Below are positions 39,748 to 49,082 of a stretch of 64,000 nt of DNA, piece after piece (the stretch's first letter is position 1; each line of letters begins with the position of its first letter). Under the pieces are notes generated by a model, which saw only the letters and a list, made by a program, of their open reading frames with translations, was not told the DNA's origin and did not search any database. The stretch is from an uncultured Candidatus Saccharibacteria bacterium (GTDB lineage: Bacteria; Patescibacteriota; Minisyncoccia; Phycocordibacterales; UBA12088). Both the position numbers and the translations under genes were made by a program. The DNA lies in contig CAYWMQ010000002.1 in NCBI GenBank assembly GCA_964459635.1, forward strand, positions 6,776 to 70,775, given 5' to 3'.

Positions 39748-41274
39748 CTATAGGCACCGTTCGCACATATCTGCAACGGGGCTTCGCTCCCCATGCTGTA
39801 AGATGACGTGCCCGTAGAGGGGGTTGCCATACAGTTTGACCGCTACGTGGGCGAGACCGCAGTTGCTTGGCGAGAGATATTTATTGTCCAACTGAGCGAA
39901 GTTGCCCAGGACGACAATTTTAGATCCCAGTCCAATGCGGGTTCCAATGGTCTTCGCCTGATGTGGCGTGAGGTTTTGTACCTCATCCACAGTCACAAAC
40001 GCCCGTGTATAGCTGCGCCCACGCACAAACGCGAATAAGTTGACCTCGAATAGGCCCGCCAGCGTCCGCTCCATTTGTTGCTGTTGGGCGCGCTTGGTGT
40101 TTTCAGTACCGGCGGTGGGTCCGTCACTCTTGCCACGACGCCCGTTCCCTTGCCTATGTACCTGCTCCGTCAAGGCTTCTGCTATGATCTCAAGGTTGTC
40201 GTACAGCGCCTTGTGCCACGGTGTGCCCTTCCCAGGCTCATCCCCCGGAAGTGCACCCGGATCAGTATCAACCGGGACCATGGCACGAGTGACAACAGCC
40301 TTGCGATACCGTCCGACAGCATGCGGTGGCTTAGACGAATGCATATCAAAGGCGACGTTCTGCGCGACCGCGGCGGCTGCCGTCATGAGGCTTTTACCTG
40401 TCCCCGCCCTTCCTATTAAGGTTACGAACGGGATGGTGGGGTCCATGAGCAAGTTCAACGCAGCTATTTGCTCGGCACTTCTTGCACAAATACCGGCCAC
40501 GTTGTTCTGCGGAAGCGAGTAGTCTACGGACCGCTCCAGAAGAACGTGGTCGTCGTGGATTTGACGCACAATGAAGTGCCGGCCGTCGCCGTATAGGAAG
40601 TTGTTAATCTGCACAGGCGCAGGAAGTGCTAGCTCATCCGTCTTGAGCCGAAAAAGCTTGCGTGGGTTTCCTTCACCACCCGCAGCCACCAGATGCTCCC
40701 AATACGCACTGTGTAACTTCACAAGGCCGGTCTCAAGCACGTCCGTGTCTTTGATTACCATGTCGCTCTGGTAATCCTCGACATGCACCCCCAGCGCATC
40801 TGCTTGGATGCGCATATTATTATCGTTTGATACCAGCACCACATCGCGGTACGCGTGGCCCAGGTACTCATTCGACAGAAGCTTTGCTCCGGCGATGATC
40901 CTGTCGTCTGCACTTGCTTCGTCAAGCGCCAGCATGCGGACCATCTCACACACGGGAGCGGTGATGATAATCAACTGACTCTCCGTGGAAGAGTCTCCCC
41001 CGTTGGTCGGGTACCGCTTCCCAATGTTGGGCAGTACCACGGTGCCCTTCGCTTGGGCGTTGCGCCCGGTAATGTTCGTAATAATACGCGACACCTCGCG
41101 CGCATTCTGCGCAACATCGCTATCCCCAAGCTTGACCCCCGTTTTTTTTCGATCAAGCTCTTTAAGAACCGTGATCGAAATGGCCACGTCGTGAGGAGCA
41201 AACCTGTATATGGCCTGTGGATCGTGCAAAAGCACGCTCGTATCCAACACGAAAAGCTTCTTCGCGACGTCCAT
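39748..41274 (-). CDS. PIN-domain PhoH-family protein (PhoH2/YlaK-like)
   Basis: LDTSVLL, DDRII, VSND (PIN); GRAGTGKS, RGRS, DEVQNLT (PhoH). Confidence 0.9.
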   Translation of the reverse strand: MDVAKKLFVLDTSVLLHDPQAIYRFAPHDVAISITVLKELDRKKTGVKLGDSDVAQNAREVSRIITNITGRNAQAKGTVVLPNIGKRYPTNGGDSSTESQLIIITAPVCEMVRMLALDEASADDRIIAGAKLLSNEYLGHAYRDVVLVSNDNNMRIQADALGVHVEDYQSDMVIKDTDVLETGLVKLHSAYWEHLVAAGGEGNPRKLFRLKTDELALPAPVQINNFLYGDGRHFIVRQIHDDHVLLERSVDYSLPQNNVAGICARSAEQIAALNLLMDPTIPFVTLIGRAGTGKSLMTAAAAVAQNVAFDMHSSKPPHAVGRYRKAVVTRAMVPVDTDPGALPGDEPGKGTPWHKALYDNLEIIAEALTEQVHRQGNGRRGKSDGPTAGTENTKRAQQQQMERTLAGLFEVNLFAFVRGRSYTRAFVTVDEVQNLTPHQAKTIGTRIGLGSKIVVLGNFAQLDNKYLSPSNCGLAHVAVKLYGNPLYGHVILQHGERSPVADMCERCL

Positions 41275-41416
41275 AGCCCACCTTTCTCAGTTTGTGATGA
41301 TCTACCTGCTCGAAGACTACCCCACCCGTGGCGATATGCAAGCTGCACGGGATGTCACCCGCACACAACCCGCTCAACGTAGAGCGGGCTTGTGAGATGT
41401 GACACCAGGACAGCAA

Positions 41417-43567
41417 CTATACGCCGCGCGCCTTCACGATATCCGCCGCAACGTTCGGCGGTACGACCGCATAGTGGTCGAACTCCATGGTCATTTGGCC
41501 GCGACCTTCCGTCATAGAGCGCAGTGTCGTTGTGTAGCCGAACATTTCCGACAGCGGCACCTTTGCGTGCACCGCCACCGCCATACCGCGCGGCTCCTGG
41601 CCCTCTATCTGCCCGCGCTTGCTCGCGAGGTGGCCGTTGATGTCGCCCATGAACTTATCGGGCACCACCACCTCGACCTTCATAATGGGCTCAAGGAGCA
41701 CGGCGCCCGCTTTCTTCGCGGCATCCTGGAATGCCTGACTGCCCGCTATTTTGAATGCTATTTCGCTTGAGTCCACCTCGTGGTACGAACCGTCGTACAG
41801 GTCGCAGGAAATGTCCACCATCTTGTAGCCCGCCACAACACCTCTATCCATCGCCTCGCGCACGCCCTTCTGCACCGCAGGGATGTACTCGTTGGGGATG
41901 ACACCGCCCTTGATGTTGTTGATAAACTCGAAGTGGTCTTCGCGTGTCGTGTTGTTCGGTATCTTGGCTCCCTCTTCAATGGCCACGAGCGGTTTGAGGC
42001 GCAGCTTCACATGGCCATACTGTCCGCGGCCGCCCGTCTGCTTGATGTACTTACACTCCGCCTCCGCCTCGCGCTGTATGGTCTCACGGTACGCCACCTG
42101 CGGCCGGCCTATGTTTGCTTCCACCTTGAACTCGCGCTTCATGCGGTCCACGAGTATTTCAAGGTGGAGCTCACCCATGCCCGAGATGATGGTTTCGCCG
42201 GTTTCTTCGTCCGAGGTGATGCGGAATGTCGGGTCTTCGTCGGCAAGCTTCTTAAGCGCAAGACCCATCTTCTCTTGGTCCGCCTTTGTTTTCGGCTCAA
42301 TGCGCACCGACACGACCGGCTCAGGGAAGACTATCTGCTCCAGCACGATAGGGTTTCCCTCGTCGCAGAGCGTGTGGCTCGTCTTCGTATCCTTGAGGCC
42401 CACTGCAGCGGCGATCTCTCCCGCAAAGACCTGCTTCACTTCCTCGCGCTTGTCGGCCTGCAGGCGCACGATACGGCCCAGGCGCTCCTTGTTGCCGGTC
42501 GTGCTGTTGTAGATGTAGGAGCCCGCCTCTACGGAGCCCGAGTACACGCGGAAGAAGGTGAGGCTGCCCACGAACGGGTCGGTCTGGATCTTGAACGCAA
42601 GCGCACAGAAAGGCTCGTCGTCGGTCGCGTGGCGCTCTATCTCGTCGCCCGTACGCGGGTCGGTGCCCTTCACGGCGGGTAGGTCGAGCGGCGAGGGCAG
42701 GTAGTCCACCACGCCGTCAAGTACGAGCTGCACGCCCTTGTTCTTGAGCGCAGAGCCCGTGTACACGGGGAAGATCTCGTTCTTGATGACCGCACTGCGC
42801 AGTATGCGCTGCAGCTCCTCTACAGACGGCTCGGTACCCTCAAAAAATGCGTTCATCGCCGCTTCGTCGTGCTCCACGATGCGCTCCACGAGCTCTGCGC
42901 GATACTTCTCCACATCCGCCTTGAGCGCCTCGGGAATATCAGCCGTCTTGCGCACCTCGTTGCCCATATTGCCCTCAAAGTACACCGCCTGCCGGGTGAG
43001 CAGGTCTACCACTCCCTCATGCGCGTCCTCTTCGCCTATCGGGATCTGCATGCGCACCGCTTTCTTCGAGAGCCGGTCCAAAATGGACGCGTACGAACGC
43101 TCGAACGATGCGCCGGTGCGGTCGAGCTTGTTGATGAAACAAATGCGCGGCACATTTGCCTCGTCGGCGTAGCGCCAGTTTGTCTCGCTCTGCGGCTCCA
43201 CACCCGCCACACCGTCAAAGACGACGACCGCACCGTCGAGGACGCGCATGGAGCGCTTCACCTCAGCGGTAAAGTCGATGTGTCCCGGTGTGTCGATGAT
43301 GTTGAAACGGCTCTTTTTGGCCTGGTCTTTCGCATCCTCGCCCGTCTTTGTCCAGAAGCACGTAATGGCGGCGGAGGTGATGGTAATGCCGCGCTCACGC
43401 TCCTGCTCCATCCAGTCGGTCACGGTCTCTCCCTCGTGCACCTCACCTATTTTGTGGCTCATGCCCGTGTAGAAGAGCACACGCTCACTCGTGGTGGTTT
43501 TGCCGGCATCGATGTGAGCGATGATGCCAAAGTTACGGACGCGCTCCAGGGGATAATCACGACTCAT
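41417..43567 (-). CDS. fusA: Elongation factor G
   Basis: AHIDAGKTT, ERGITI, DTPGHIDF, NKLD, GMGELHL, HEVDSS. Confidence 0.99.
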   Translation of the reverse strand: MSRDYPLERVRNFGIIAHIDAGKTTTSERVLFYTGMSHKIGEVHEGETVTDWMEQERERGITITSAAITCFWTKTGEDAKDQAKKSRFNIIDTPGHIDFTAEVKRSMRVLDGAVVVFDGVAGVEPQSETNWRYADEANVPRICFINKLDRTGASFERSYASILDRLSKKAVRMQIPIGEEDAHEGVVDLLTRQAVYFEGNMGNEVRKTADIPEALKADVEKYRAELVERIVEHDEAAMNAFFEGTEPSVEELQRILRSAVIKNEIFPVYTGSALKNKGVQLVLDGVVDYLPSPLDLPAVKGTDPRTGDEIERHATDDEPFCALAFKIQTDPFVGSLTFFRVYSGSVEAGSYIYNSTTGNKERLGRIVRLQADKREEVKQVFAGEIAAAVGLKDTKTSHTLCDEGNPIVLEQIVFPEPVVSVRIEPKTKADQEKMGLALKKLADEDPTFRITSDEETGETIISGMGELHLEILVDRMKREFKVEANIGRPQVAYRETIQREAEAECKYIKQTGGRGQYGHVKLRLKPLVAIEEGAKIPNNTTREDHFEFINNIKGGVIPNEYIPAVQKGVREAMDRGVVAGYKMVDISCDLYDGSYHEVDSSEIAFKIAGSQAFQDAAKKAGAVLLEPIMKVEVVVPDKFMGDINGHLASKRGQIEGQEPRGMAVAVHAKVPLSEMFGYTTTLRSMTEGRGQMTMEFDHYAVVPPNVAADIVKARGV

Positions 43568-43741
43568 ATGACAGGATGCTAATTTTACTAATGACGTACG
43601 AATGCAACGAATAATTGACCCGTACGGTATGAATAAAAATCCGCGCAACGCGGTAGGTGACGACACTATACCGTGCGTTGACGGAATACTCAAGAGGTGA
43701 TTAGGTGTGGGCAGACGCAACAGCTGGGAAGGACGTGCGTA

Positions 43742-44233
43742 ATGAACGTAATCTGTAGGGGCATCTTAACGCGCTGGCCTGTCGTCAAAACCAGAATCTA
43801 CGACGACCATGAGAACGGCATAATTTTTGCGCAGAACGACCCTGAATTACTCAAGTTCGTGGCAACAAGAAAAATGACGCAAATCGTCGCGCAATTGCTT
43901 GGCCTGCGACTCTATGCGGGCTCTGACGACACACGTGTGGATTGGACCGACCGGTACGCAATAGAAGTGCCCATCAGTACCTCGGGTATGGAAACGCGTG
44001 AGCCTGAGCGGTTTGCTCTAGTTGTACCGAACTATGATGCTCGTATTGAAACCTCGGAGACCATTGTCCGCGTGCCCATTGACGAAATCGATTCTACAGA
44101 CTTGCCGGCTGTCACACAGGCGATTTGTGACGCGGTTCAAAAGGCACGGGAACCGCACGAAGCACGAGCAAAAATATACGAAGCACGAGCAAAAATATAT
44201 CGTGTGGTTGAGGAACTCTTTGCATCTACCTAG
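43742..44233 (+). CDS. Hypothetical ORFan with a 21-bp tandem duplication
   Basis: AAGGA SD; EARAKIY twice; terminator at 44267-44296. Confidence 0.6.
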   Translation: MNVICRGILTRWPVVKTRIYDDHENGIIFAQNDPELLKFVATRKMTQIVAQLLGLRLYAGSDDTRVDWTDRYAIEVPISTSGMETREPERFALVVPNYDARIETSETIVRVPIDEIDSTDLPAVTQAICDAVQKAREPHEARAKIYEARAKIYRVVEELFAST

Positions 44234-44367
44234 TCCGTTGCTAGATTCGACCACCTGATTTAAGAAGCGGAGCCGCACAGCAGCTCCGCTTTTTTTGGCG
44301 ACCCACAGCAAAGAAGTTCCGTGGAACAAAGAAGCGATGTGTTGGGATAAGCGTATGTTGGATTGGG

Positions 44368-44697
44368 GTGAGTGAGGGTGACAACGACCGCGTACACGCG
44401 AGCACGTGCGGCGAATTGAACGAACAACCGTTGACGCTGCGCCTATACGCAGATAGGCTCAAAATAGTCACAGGGAGCACGTATGCAATGTGTTGTAACT
44501 CGTCACTTTTCGGACTCGGCTTTTGGGCGATCGGACGGTTTCCCACGGACACAGACGCACGCGGCACATTTTGGATGTCAGGCGGATACACCTTTGCGGT
44601 GCGACCCGATGGAATACGCATGCAGGCCAACGGCAACCGCTCCTGTGAACTCATGGGTTTGGGCTATGTGGAGCGTGAATTCAATCGTGCGGCATAG
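44368..44697 (+). CDS. Hypothetical ORFan
   Basis: 109-aa ORF followed by GCGGCGCC-TC-GGCGCCGC-TTTTT terminator; start uncertain. Confidence 0.5.
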   Translation: MSEGDNDRVHASTCGELNEQPLTLRLYADRLKIVTGSTYAMCCNSSLFGLGFWAIGRFPTDTDARGTFWMSGGYTFAVRPDGIRMQANGNRSCELMGLGYVEREFNRAA

Positions 44698-44807
44698 TGT
44701 CACGCGGCGCCTCGGCGCCGCTTTTTATATTTGACTTTTCTTCAGAGAAGTTGTATCATGAATTAGGCACACAAAACATACACGCAGTGGAAGTGGGAGC
44801 ACACACG

Positions 44808-45299
44808 ATGGAAGTTTTCGTTCGGGAAACCGGCAAAAAGCCGGTCATTGCTACGCTTGAGGGACAGTCTCTCAAGTACACATCGTCAGATGGTGCTACT
44901 CGCAGAGTTGAGGTCGCTGGCGAGGCGATTGTGGGGCTGAAGCGTTTGTCCGAACTTGGCAGCTTATATCCCGCCTCCCGTGATCTTATTCTCGTCGTCG
45001 ATCGCGCAGACGAGCCCGTCACCCATGTGCAGCCTGAAATATGGCTGATGGCATCAGAAACGCAGGTGCACATGCACTTTGCCTCATTGCCGGCGTGGTC
45101 CTTGCACTGGTACGGTGGCGAACGCACGCAGGAACAAGAACTGTGGCATCTTGCCGACACCTTAGCCGAAGGGGCATTAGATTTTGCGTCTGCTATTGCG
45201 ATGCTCGACGTACTCTGTGCGAACCTTCGCACACGTGCCCATGAGGTGCTGGTGTCTAAATGCCAGAAATTAGAACGGGGCGAAAACACAGCTGACTAA
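44808..45299 (+). CDS. Hypothetical ORFan
   Basis: TTGACT-17-TATCAT promoter (44731-44759), GGAG SD, terminator at 45330-45362. Confidence 0.65.
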   Translation: MEVFVRETGKKPVIATLEGQSLKYTSSDGATRRVEVAGEAIVGLKRLSELGSLYPASRDLILVVDRADEPVTHVQPEIWLMASETQVHMHFASLPAWSLHWYGGERTQEQELWHLADTLAEGALDFASAIAMLDVLCANLRTRAHEVLVSKCQKLERGENTAD

Positions 45300-45657
45300 G
45301 TATTACGTAGCAGATAAGCAAACGGTTGGACGCGGCACCGAAGTGCCGCGTTTCTTTTTTTTACTGCAACAGAAAAGGCGCTCCAAGCGCTGTCTCCGCG
45401 GTAATCCGCGTACAATCCGCGTTGCACCTGCGTCCCGTCCGCGACCACGCAAAGTGCGTATCCCACACCAGTTTTGTGGATGGGACGGCGGCAGCGCACT
45501 CGCCAAACTACGTAAGGCTCGGCCTATTCCGGCTCTGCGCTGCAAGACATGAACATGCGCTTGTGGTGCACTGGCTAAAGTAATGGCTACAGCGGCAAAA
45601 CTGATGCAGGACGCTGCACATGCTAGCTAAAAATAAAACCCTGTCGGGGTTCTATTT

Positions 45658-46128
45658 TTACCAAGCGAAGTGCGCGAATGCTCTGTTGGCCTCGGCCATC
45701 TTGTGTACGTTTTCGCGCTTCTTAATAGCCTCGCCTTCATTCTTGGCTGCCGCCACTATTTCTTGTGCAAGAAACTTCGACGCGGGGCCACCGCTCTTTG
45801 AGCGGGCTGCAAGGAGGATCCAGCGCATCGCGAGCGCCTGGCGACGCTCAGGGCGTACCTCACGCGGCACTTGGTAGTTGGCGCCTCCGACACGGCGGCT
45901 GCGCACCTCTACCGTAGGACCTACGTTCCGGATAGCATCCTCGAATATTGCGAGTGGGTCTTCCGTTTCAGCTATCTTCTTTATGTCTTCAAATGCATCG
46001 TACACCACCTTGCGCGCGGTCTCTTTTTTTCCGTCGAGCATGACGCAATTGATAAACTTCGAAACACGCTCGCTCTTGTAGCGCACATCCGGAGCAATGC
46101 TGAGTTTTTTCTTGATGGGTCGACGCAT
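45658..46128 (-). CDS. rpsG: 30S ribosomal protein S7
   Basis: DGKK, EVRSRRVGGANYQVP, HKMAEANRAFAH. Confidence 0.98.
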   Translation of the reverse strand: MRRPIKKKLSIAPDVRYKSERVSKFINCVMLDGKKETARKVVYDAFEDIKKIAETEDPLAIFEDAIRNVGPTVEVRSRRVGGANYQVPREVRPERRQALAMRWILLAARSKSGGPASKFLAQEIVAAAKNEGEAIKKRENVHKMAEANRAFAHFAW

Positions 46129-46174
46129 ATCTCGATACTAATCTACGAATTTCTACGAATACTGCGAATTAATG

Positions 46175-46591
46175 CTACTTTGCCGCCTTCGGGCGCTTTG
46201 CACCGTACATGGAGCGGCTCTTGCGGCGCTTGTCCACACCGGCGGCATCGAGCTTACCGCGCACCACCGTGTAGCGGATGTTGACGTCCTTCACACGGCC
46301 GCCGCGGATGAGCACCACCGAGTGCTCCTGCAAGTTGTGTCCTTCGCCGGGAATATACGCTGATACTTCCATGCCGTTACTGAGGCGCACGCGGGCGTAC
46401 TTACGTATAGCGGAGTTAGGCTTGCGGGGCGTCTTGGTCGTCACCTTCACACACACACCACGCTTGAAAGGCGCCGCGTAGTAGGTCGGCTTGTTTTTGA
46501 GCACGTTGAAACCGCGACCGAGTGCGGGCACTTTCGACTTCCGTGTCCTGTCCTGACGGGGCTTGCGTACAAGCTGGTTTATCGTTGCCAT
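46175..46591 (-). CDS. rpsL: 30S ribosomal protein S12
   Basis: [35 protein letters not shown]. Confidence 0.98.
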   Translation of the reverse strand: MATINQLVRKPRQDRTRKSKVPALGRGFNVLKNKPTYYAAPFKRGVCVKVTTKTPRKPNSAIRKYARVRLSNGMEVSAYIPGEGHNLQEHSVVLIRGGRVKDVNIRYTVVRGKLDAAGVDKRRKSRSMYGAKRPKAAK

Positions 46592-46689
46592 GTGAGTATA
46601 CCGCGCATCTCACGCAGTGCGCACTACTGTACTACAGTGCCCGCTACGATGCAAGCACATACACGGGGTCCGCTTGTCCTACACAAGGT

Positions 46690-47496
46690 TTACCGCATGC
46701 GGCCTCCCTTCCGAGCACTGCGCCATAGGTGGTCAAACTGTTGCGCCATAATCTCTGCCATATCCGCGCTTTCAACCGTCATGGCGTAATGCTCGCGATC
46801 AGAAGCTATGAACGTGACCTTTGTACCGTATACGCCGTACCCCATGGCCGCGGTGAGCTCGGGGGGCGCGATGCGAACTTCGCGCAGCGCCTCAGCATCT
46901 AAACGACGCGAGAGACGCGGGTCAGCAGGCTTCGGCATGTGCGATGCGGGCCATAGTACGCGAATGGAAATGTTCCTGCGTATGCGTTCCGACCGGTACT
47001 CCTCAAATATTTCGCCCGGAATAGCGTGGCGCATACTCCTCACCGGCCAGTACCAGCGCACAAGCGTGCCTGCTCGCAGTATGCCGGCAAAAACAGCACG
47101 GTATGCGCGCACACTGTCGGCAATGAAAAAACGGGGCGTGGCATGTGGCGTGGGCACCGCGCGCGTCAGTAACTCACCGAGCCCACGCGTAGCTGCAGCA
47201 AGGCTGCGCTGCCGCTCATCCGCCCAGCCACGTATTGCGGCTTGGTCCGCCGCAACGAACACCGGAGCTTCCCCTGTGTGTGCCTTGAGCACCAAACCCT
47301 GCTCTTCGAGCCAACGCAGGTGGTCGTACACGCTGGTACGGGGCATGTTGAGCATACGGGCTATATGCAGCGCGGTTGTGCCATTTTCACTGTGCAAAAT
47401 GGCACCAAATACGCGCGTCGCATGCCAGCTGCAGCCGAGCGGCGCCATATGCTCATGCAACGCGGCCACAAAGTCGGTGTCGCTTTTTGTCGACAT
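46690..47496 (-). CDS. TrmB-family transcriptional regulator
   Basis: wHTH (IARMLNMPRTSVYDHL..LEEQGLV) and PLD-like C-terminus (YGTKVTF...QFDHLW). Confidence 0.8.
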   Translation of the reverse strand: MSTKSDTDFVAALHEHMAPLGCSWHATRVFGAILHSENGTTALHIARMLNMPRTSVYDHLRWLEEQGLVLKAHTGEAPVFVAADQAAIRGWADERQRSLAAATRGLGELLTRAVPTPHATPRFFIADSVRAYRAVFAGILRAGTLVRWYWPVRSMRHAIPGEIFEEYRSERIRRNISIRVLWPASHMPKPADPRLSRRLDAEALREVRIAPPELTAAMGYGVYGTKVTFIASDREHYAMTVESADMAEIMAQQFDHLWRSARKGGRMR

Positions 47497-47558
47497 ATGT
47501 ACAGTATAGCGACTCGCGCGTACGGTGCAAAGAGACACGTACATGGAGGGTCAGTACG

Positions 47559-47945
47559 ATGGACGACACCTATGATGCCTTTGTTACGCTCATCAAAGAT
47601 ATCGTCGCTAACGGAGACGCCAGCAAACTGGGACGGGAGCTCGGTGTAAACACGAGCACCGTGCTCCGCTGGGCGCGCGGCGAAAGCCGGCCATCCCGCG
47701 GAGTCGTTTTTCCTATCATGGAATTTGCCTCAGCACTTCAACAGGGCGATGCCGTCGTGAAGGCCGATTTTGTGCGCGCTATGGCTTGGGTTGTAGAACA
47801 CGGGCACGCGGGCGTGCTCGCGCGAGCATTTGGTGTAAACCCAAGCACGGTCGCGCGGTGGGCAACAGACAAAAATCTTCCTCATCCGGCCGTTTGGCCC
47901 ATACTCTGCAAATGGGTCAAAACGGTAGGGGAAGCACGCGGGTAG
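47559..47945 (+). CDS. Tandem XRE/Cro HTH protein
   Basis: LGRELGVNTSTVLRWARG and LARAFGVNPSTVARWATD; GGAGG SD; terminator at 47960-47985. Confidence 0.75.
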   Translation: MDDTYDAFVTLIKDIVANGDASKLGRELGVNTSTVLRWARGESRPSRGVVFPIMEFASALQQGDAVVKADFVRAMAWVVEHGHAGVLARAFGVNPSTVARWATDKNLPHPAVWPILCKWVKTVGEARG

Positions 47946-48011
47946 CACGCATGCGCAACGGGCGGCCATGGCCGCCCGTTTTTTTCGAGTCTGTGTGAAG
48001 CCTTGCTGCCC

Positions 48012-48662
48012 CTACAAAACACTATCAAGCGGCACGCCCGTAAGAAAACCGAATACGAGCGCCACAAATGCATGGAAGACGGGGCCGATAAAGGTTATGG
48101 CGAGGTACAGGAAGAGAAACACGCCTATGAGCCCGCCCTGCATCAAAAATGACTCAAAGCGTTGGAAGGTAAGCCCCGCGCGAAACGGAAGGAGCGACTT
48201 CAAGAGCTTGGAGCCGTCGAGCGGAGGGAGCGGCAGCAGATTGAAGAGCGCCAAGAGAATGTTGATGTACACCACTACCGCGGCAAGTGAAAGGAACGAG
48301 CCGGGGAGCTCGCCAAGCCCAAAGCGCACCAAGAGCGCAAACACGAGGGCAAGCGCAATGTTCACGGCCGGTCCCGCACCCGCCACGATAGCTTCACCCC
48401 AGCGCTGGTTGCGCAGGTTGTACGGGTTGTACGGCACGGGCTTCGCCCAGCCAAAGAGGAGCGGTGACTGCATGAGCACAAGCAGGCCCGGCAAGAGCAG
48501 TGAGCCTATAGGGTCTATATGTGGAAGAGGGTTGAGCGTGAGCCGCCCTTGAAGACGAGCCGTGGGGTCGCCCAAAAATTCGGCTGCATAGCCGTGCGAG
48601 ACCTCATGAATGATGATGGAAAAGATGAGGGCGAGAAAGAAGAAAATGATAGTGGGGTCCAT
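48012..48662 (-). CDS. Site-2 protease (M50)
   Basis: HEVSH, AGPAVN, NLLPLPPLDG. Confidence 0.93.
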   Translation of the reverse strand: MDPTIIFFFLALIFSIIIHEVSHGYAAEFLGDPTARLQGRLTLNPLPHIDPIGSLLLPGLLVLMQSPLLFGWAKPVPYNPYNLRNQRWGEAIVAGAGPAVNIALALVFALLVRFGLGELPGSFLSLAAVVVYINILLALFNLLPLPPLDGSKLLKSLLPFRAGLTFQRFESFLMQGGLIGVFLFLYLAITFIGPVFHAFVALVFGFLTGVPLDSVL

Positions 48663-48841
48663 GATGTACGAGAGAAGAGATAAAAGAGAAGATGCAAAAG
48701 ATAGCTGGACAGTAAAAGATATGGGGATGGATGCGAGATACTGGGATATTAAAGCGTTGATATACTTAGATATTTCGACCTTATGTTGTGTAAGAACTGA
48801 AAATGCTTGACAAAATATGCAGATGGGTGTATGATATTAAG

Positions 48842-49002
48842 TAGGCTTGGTCGTCCGGCTTTCCGCGTGCCCGCCACCCCGCTCACACTAGGGTGGCCGG
48901 CGTGCAAGCTTTCCGCCCGACGAAAGCCAAGCGCGTACTTCGGCCGCTGATCTCGGCTGAAGCGAGGGGGATGTCATGCGGCGCCGCATGCTCCCCCTTT
49001 TC
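48842..49002 (+). ncRNA. Candidate novel small RNA with its own promoter and terminator
   Basis: TTGACA-17-TATGAT (48807-48835); rod at 48845-48932, second hairpin, terminal GGGGGA...TCCCCC-TTTT. Confidence 0.6.
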
Positions 49003-49082
49003 TATACATAAAAACATGGCACACATGCTGAAGCAGGAAGACAGTTGCATTCCGCTACACGTATGGTACCATGCCGTAACCT

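Noticed and set aside
45365-45640. Gene or RNA between the 44808 cassette and rpsG
   Set aside because: Only short TCCGCG-type repeats and weak ORFs; no consistent structure or start signal.
48842-49002. SRP RNA, tmRNA or RNase P identity for the candidate ncRNAs
   Set aside because: No CAGG-GRAA-AGCA helix-8 motif, no tRNA-like ends, no GAGGAAAGUCC core.
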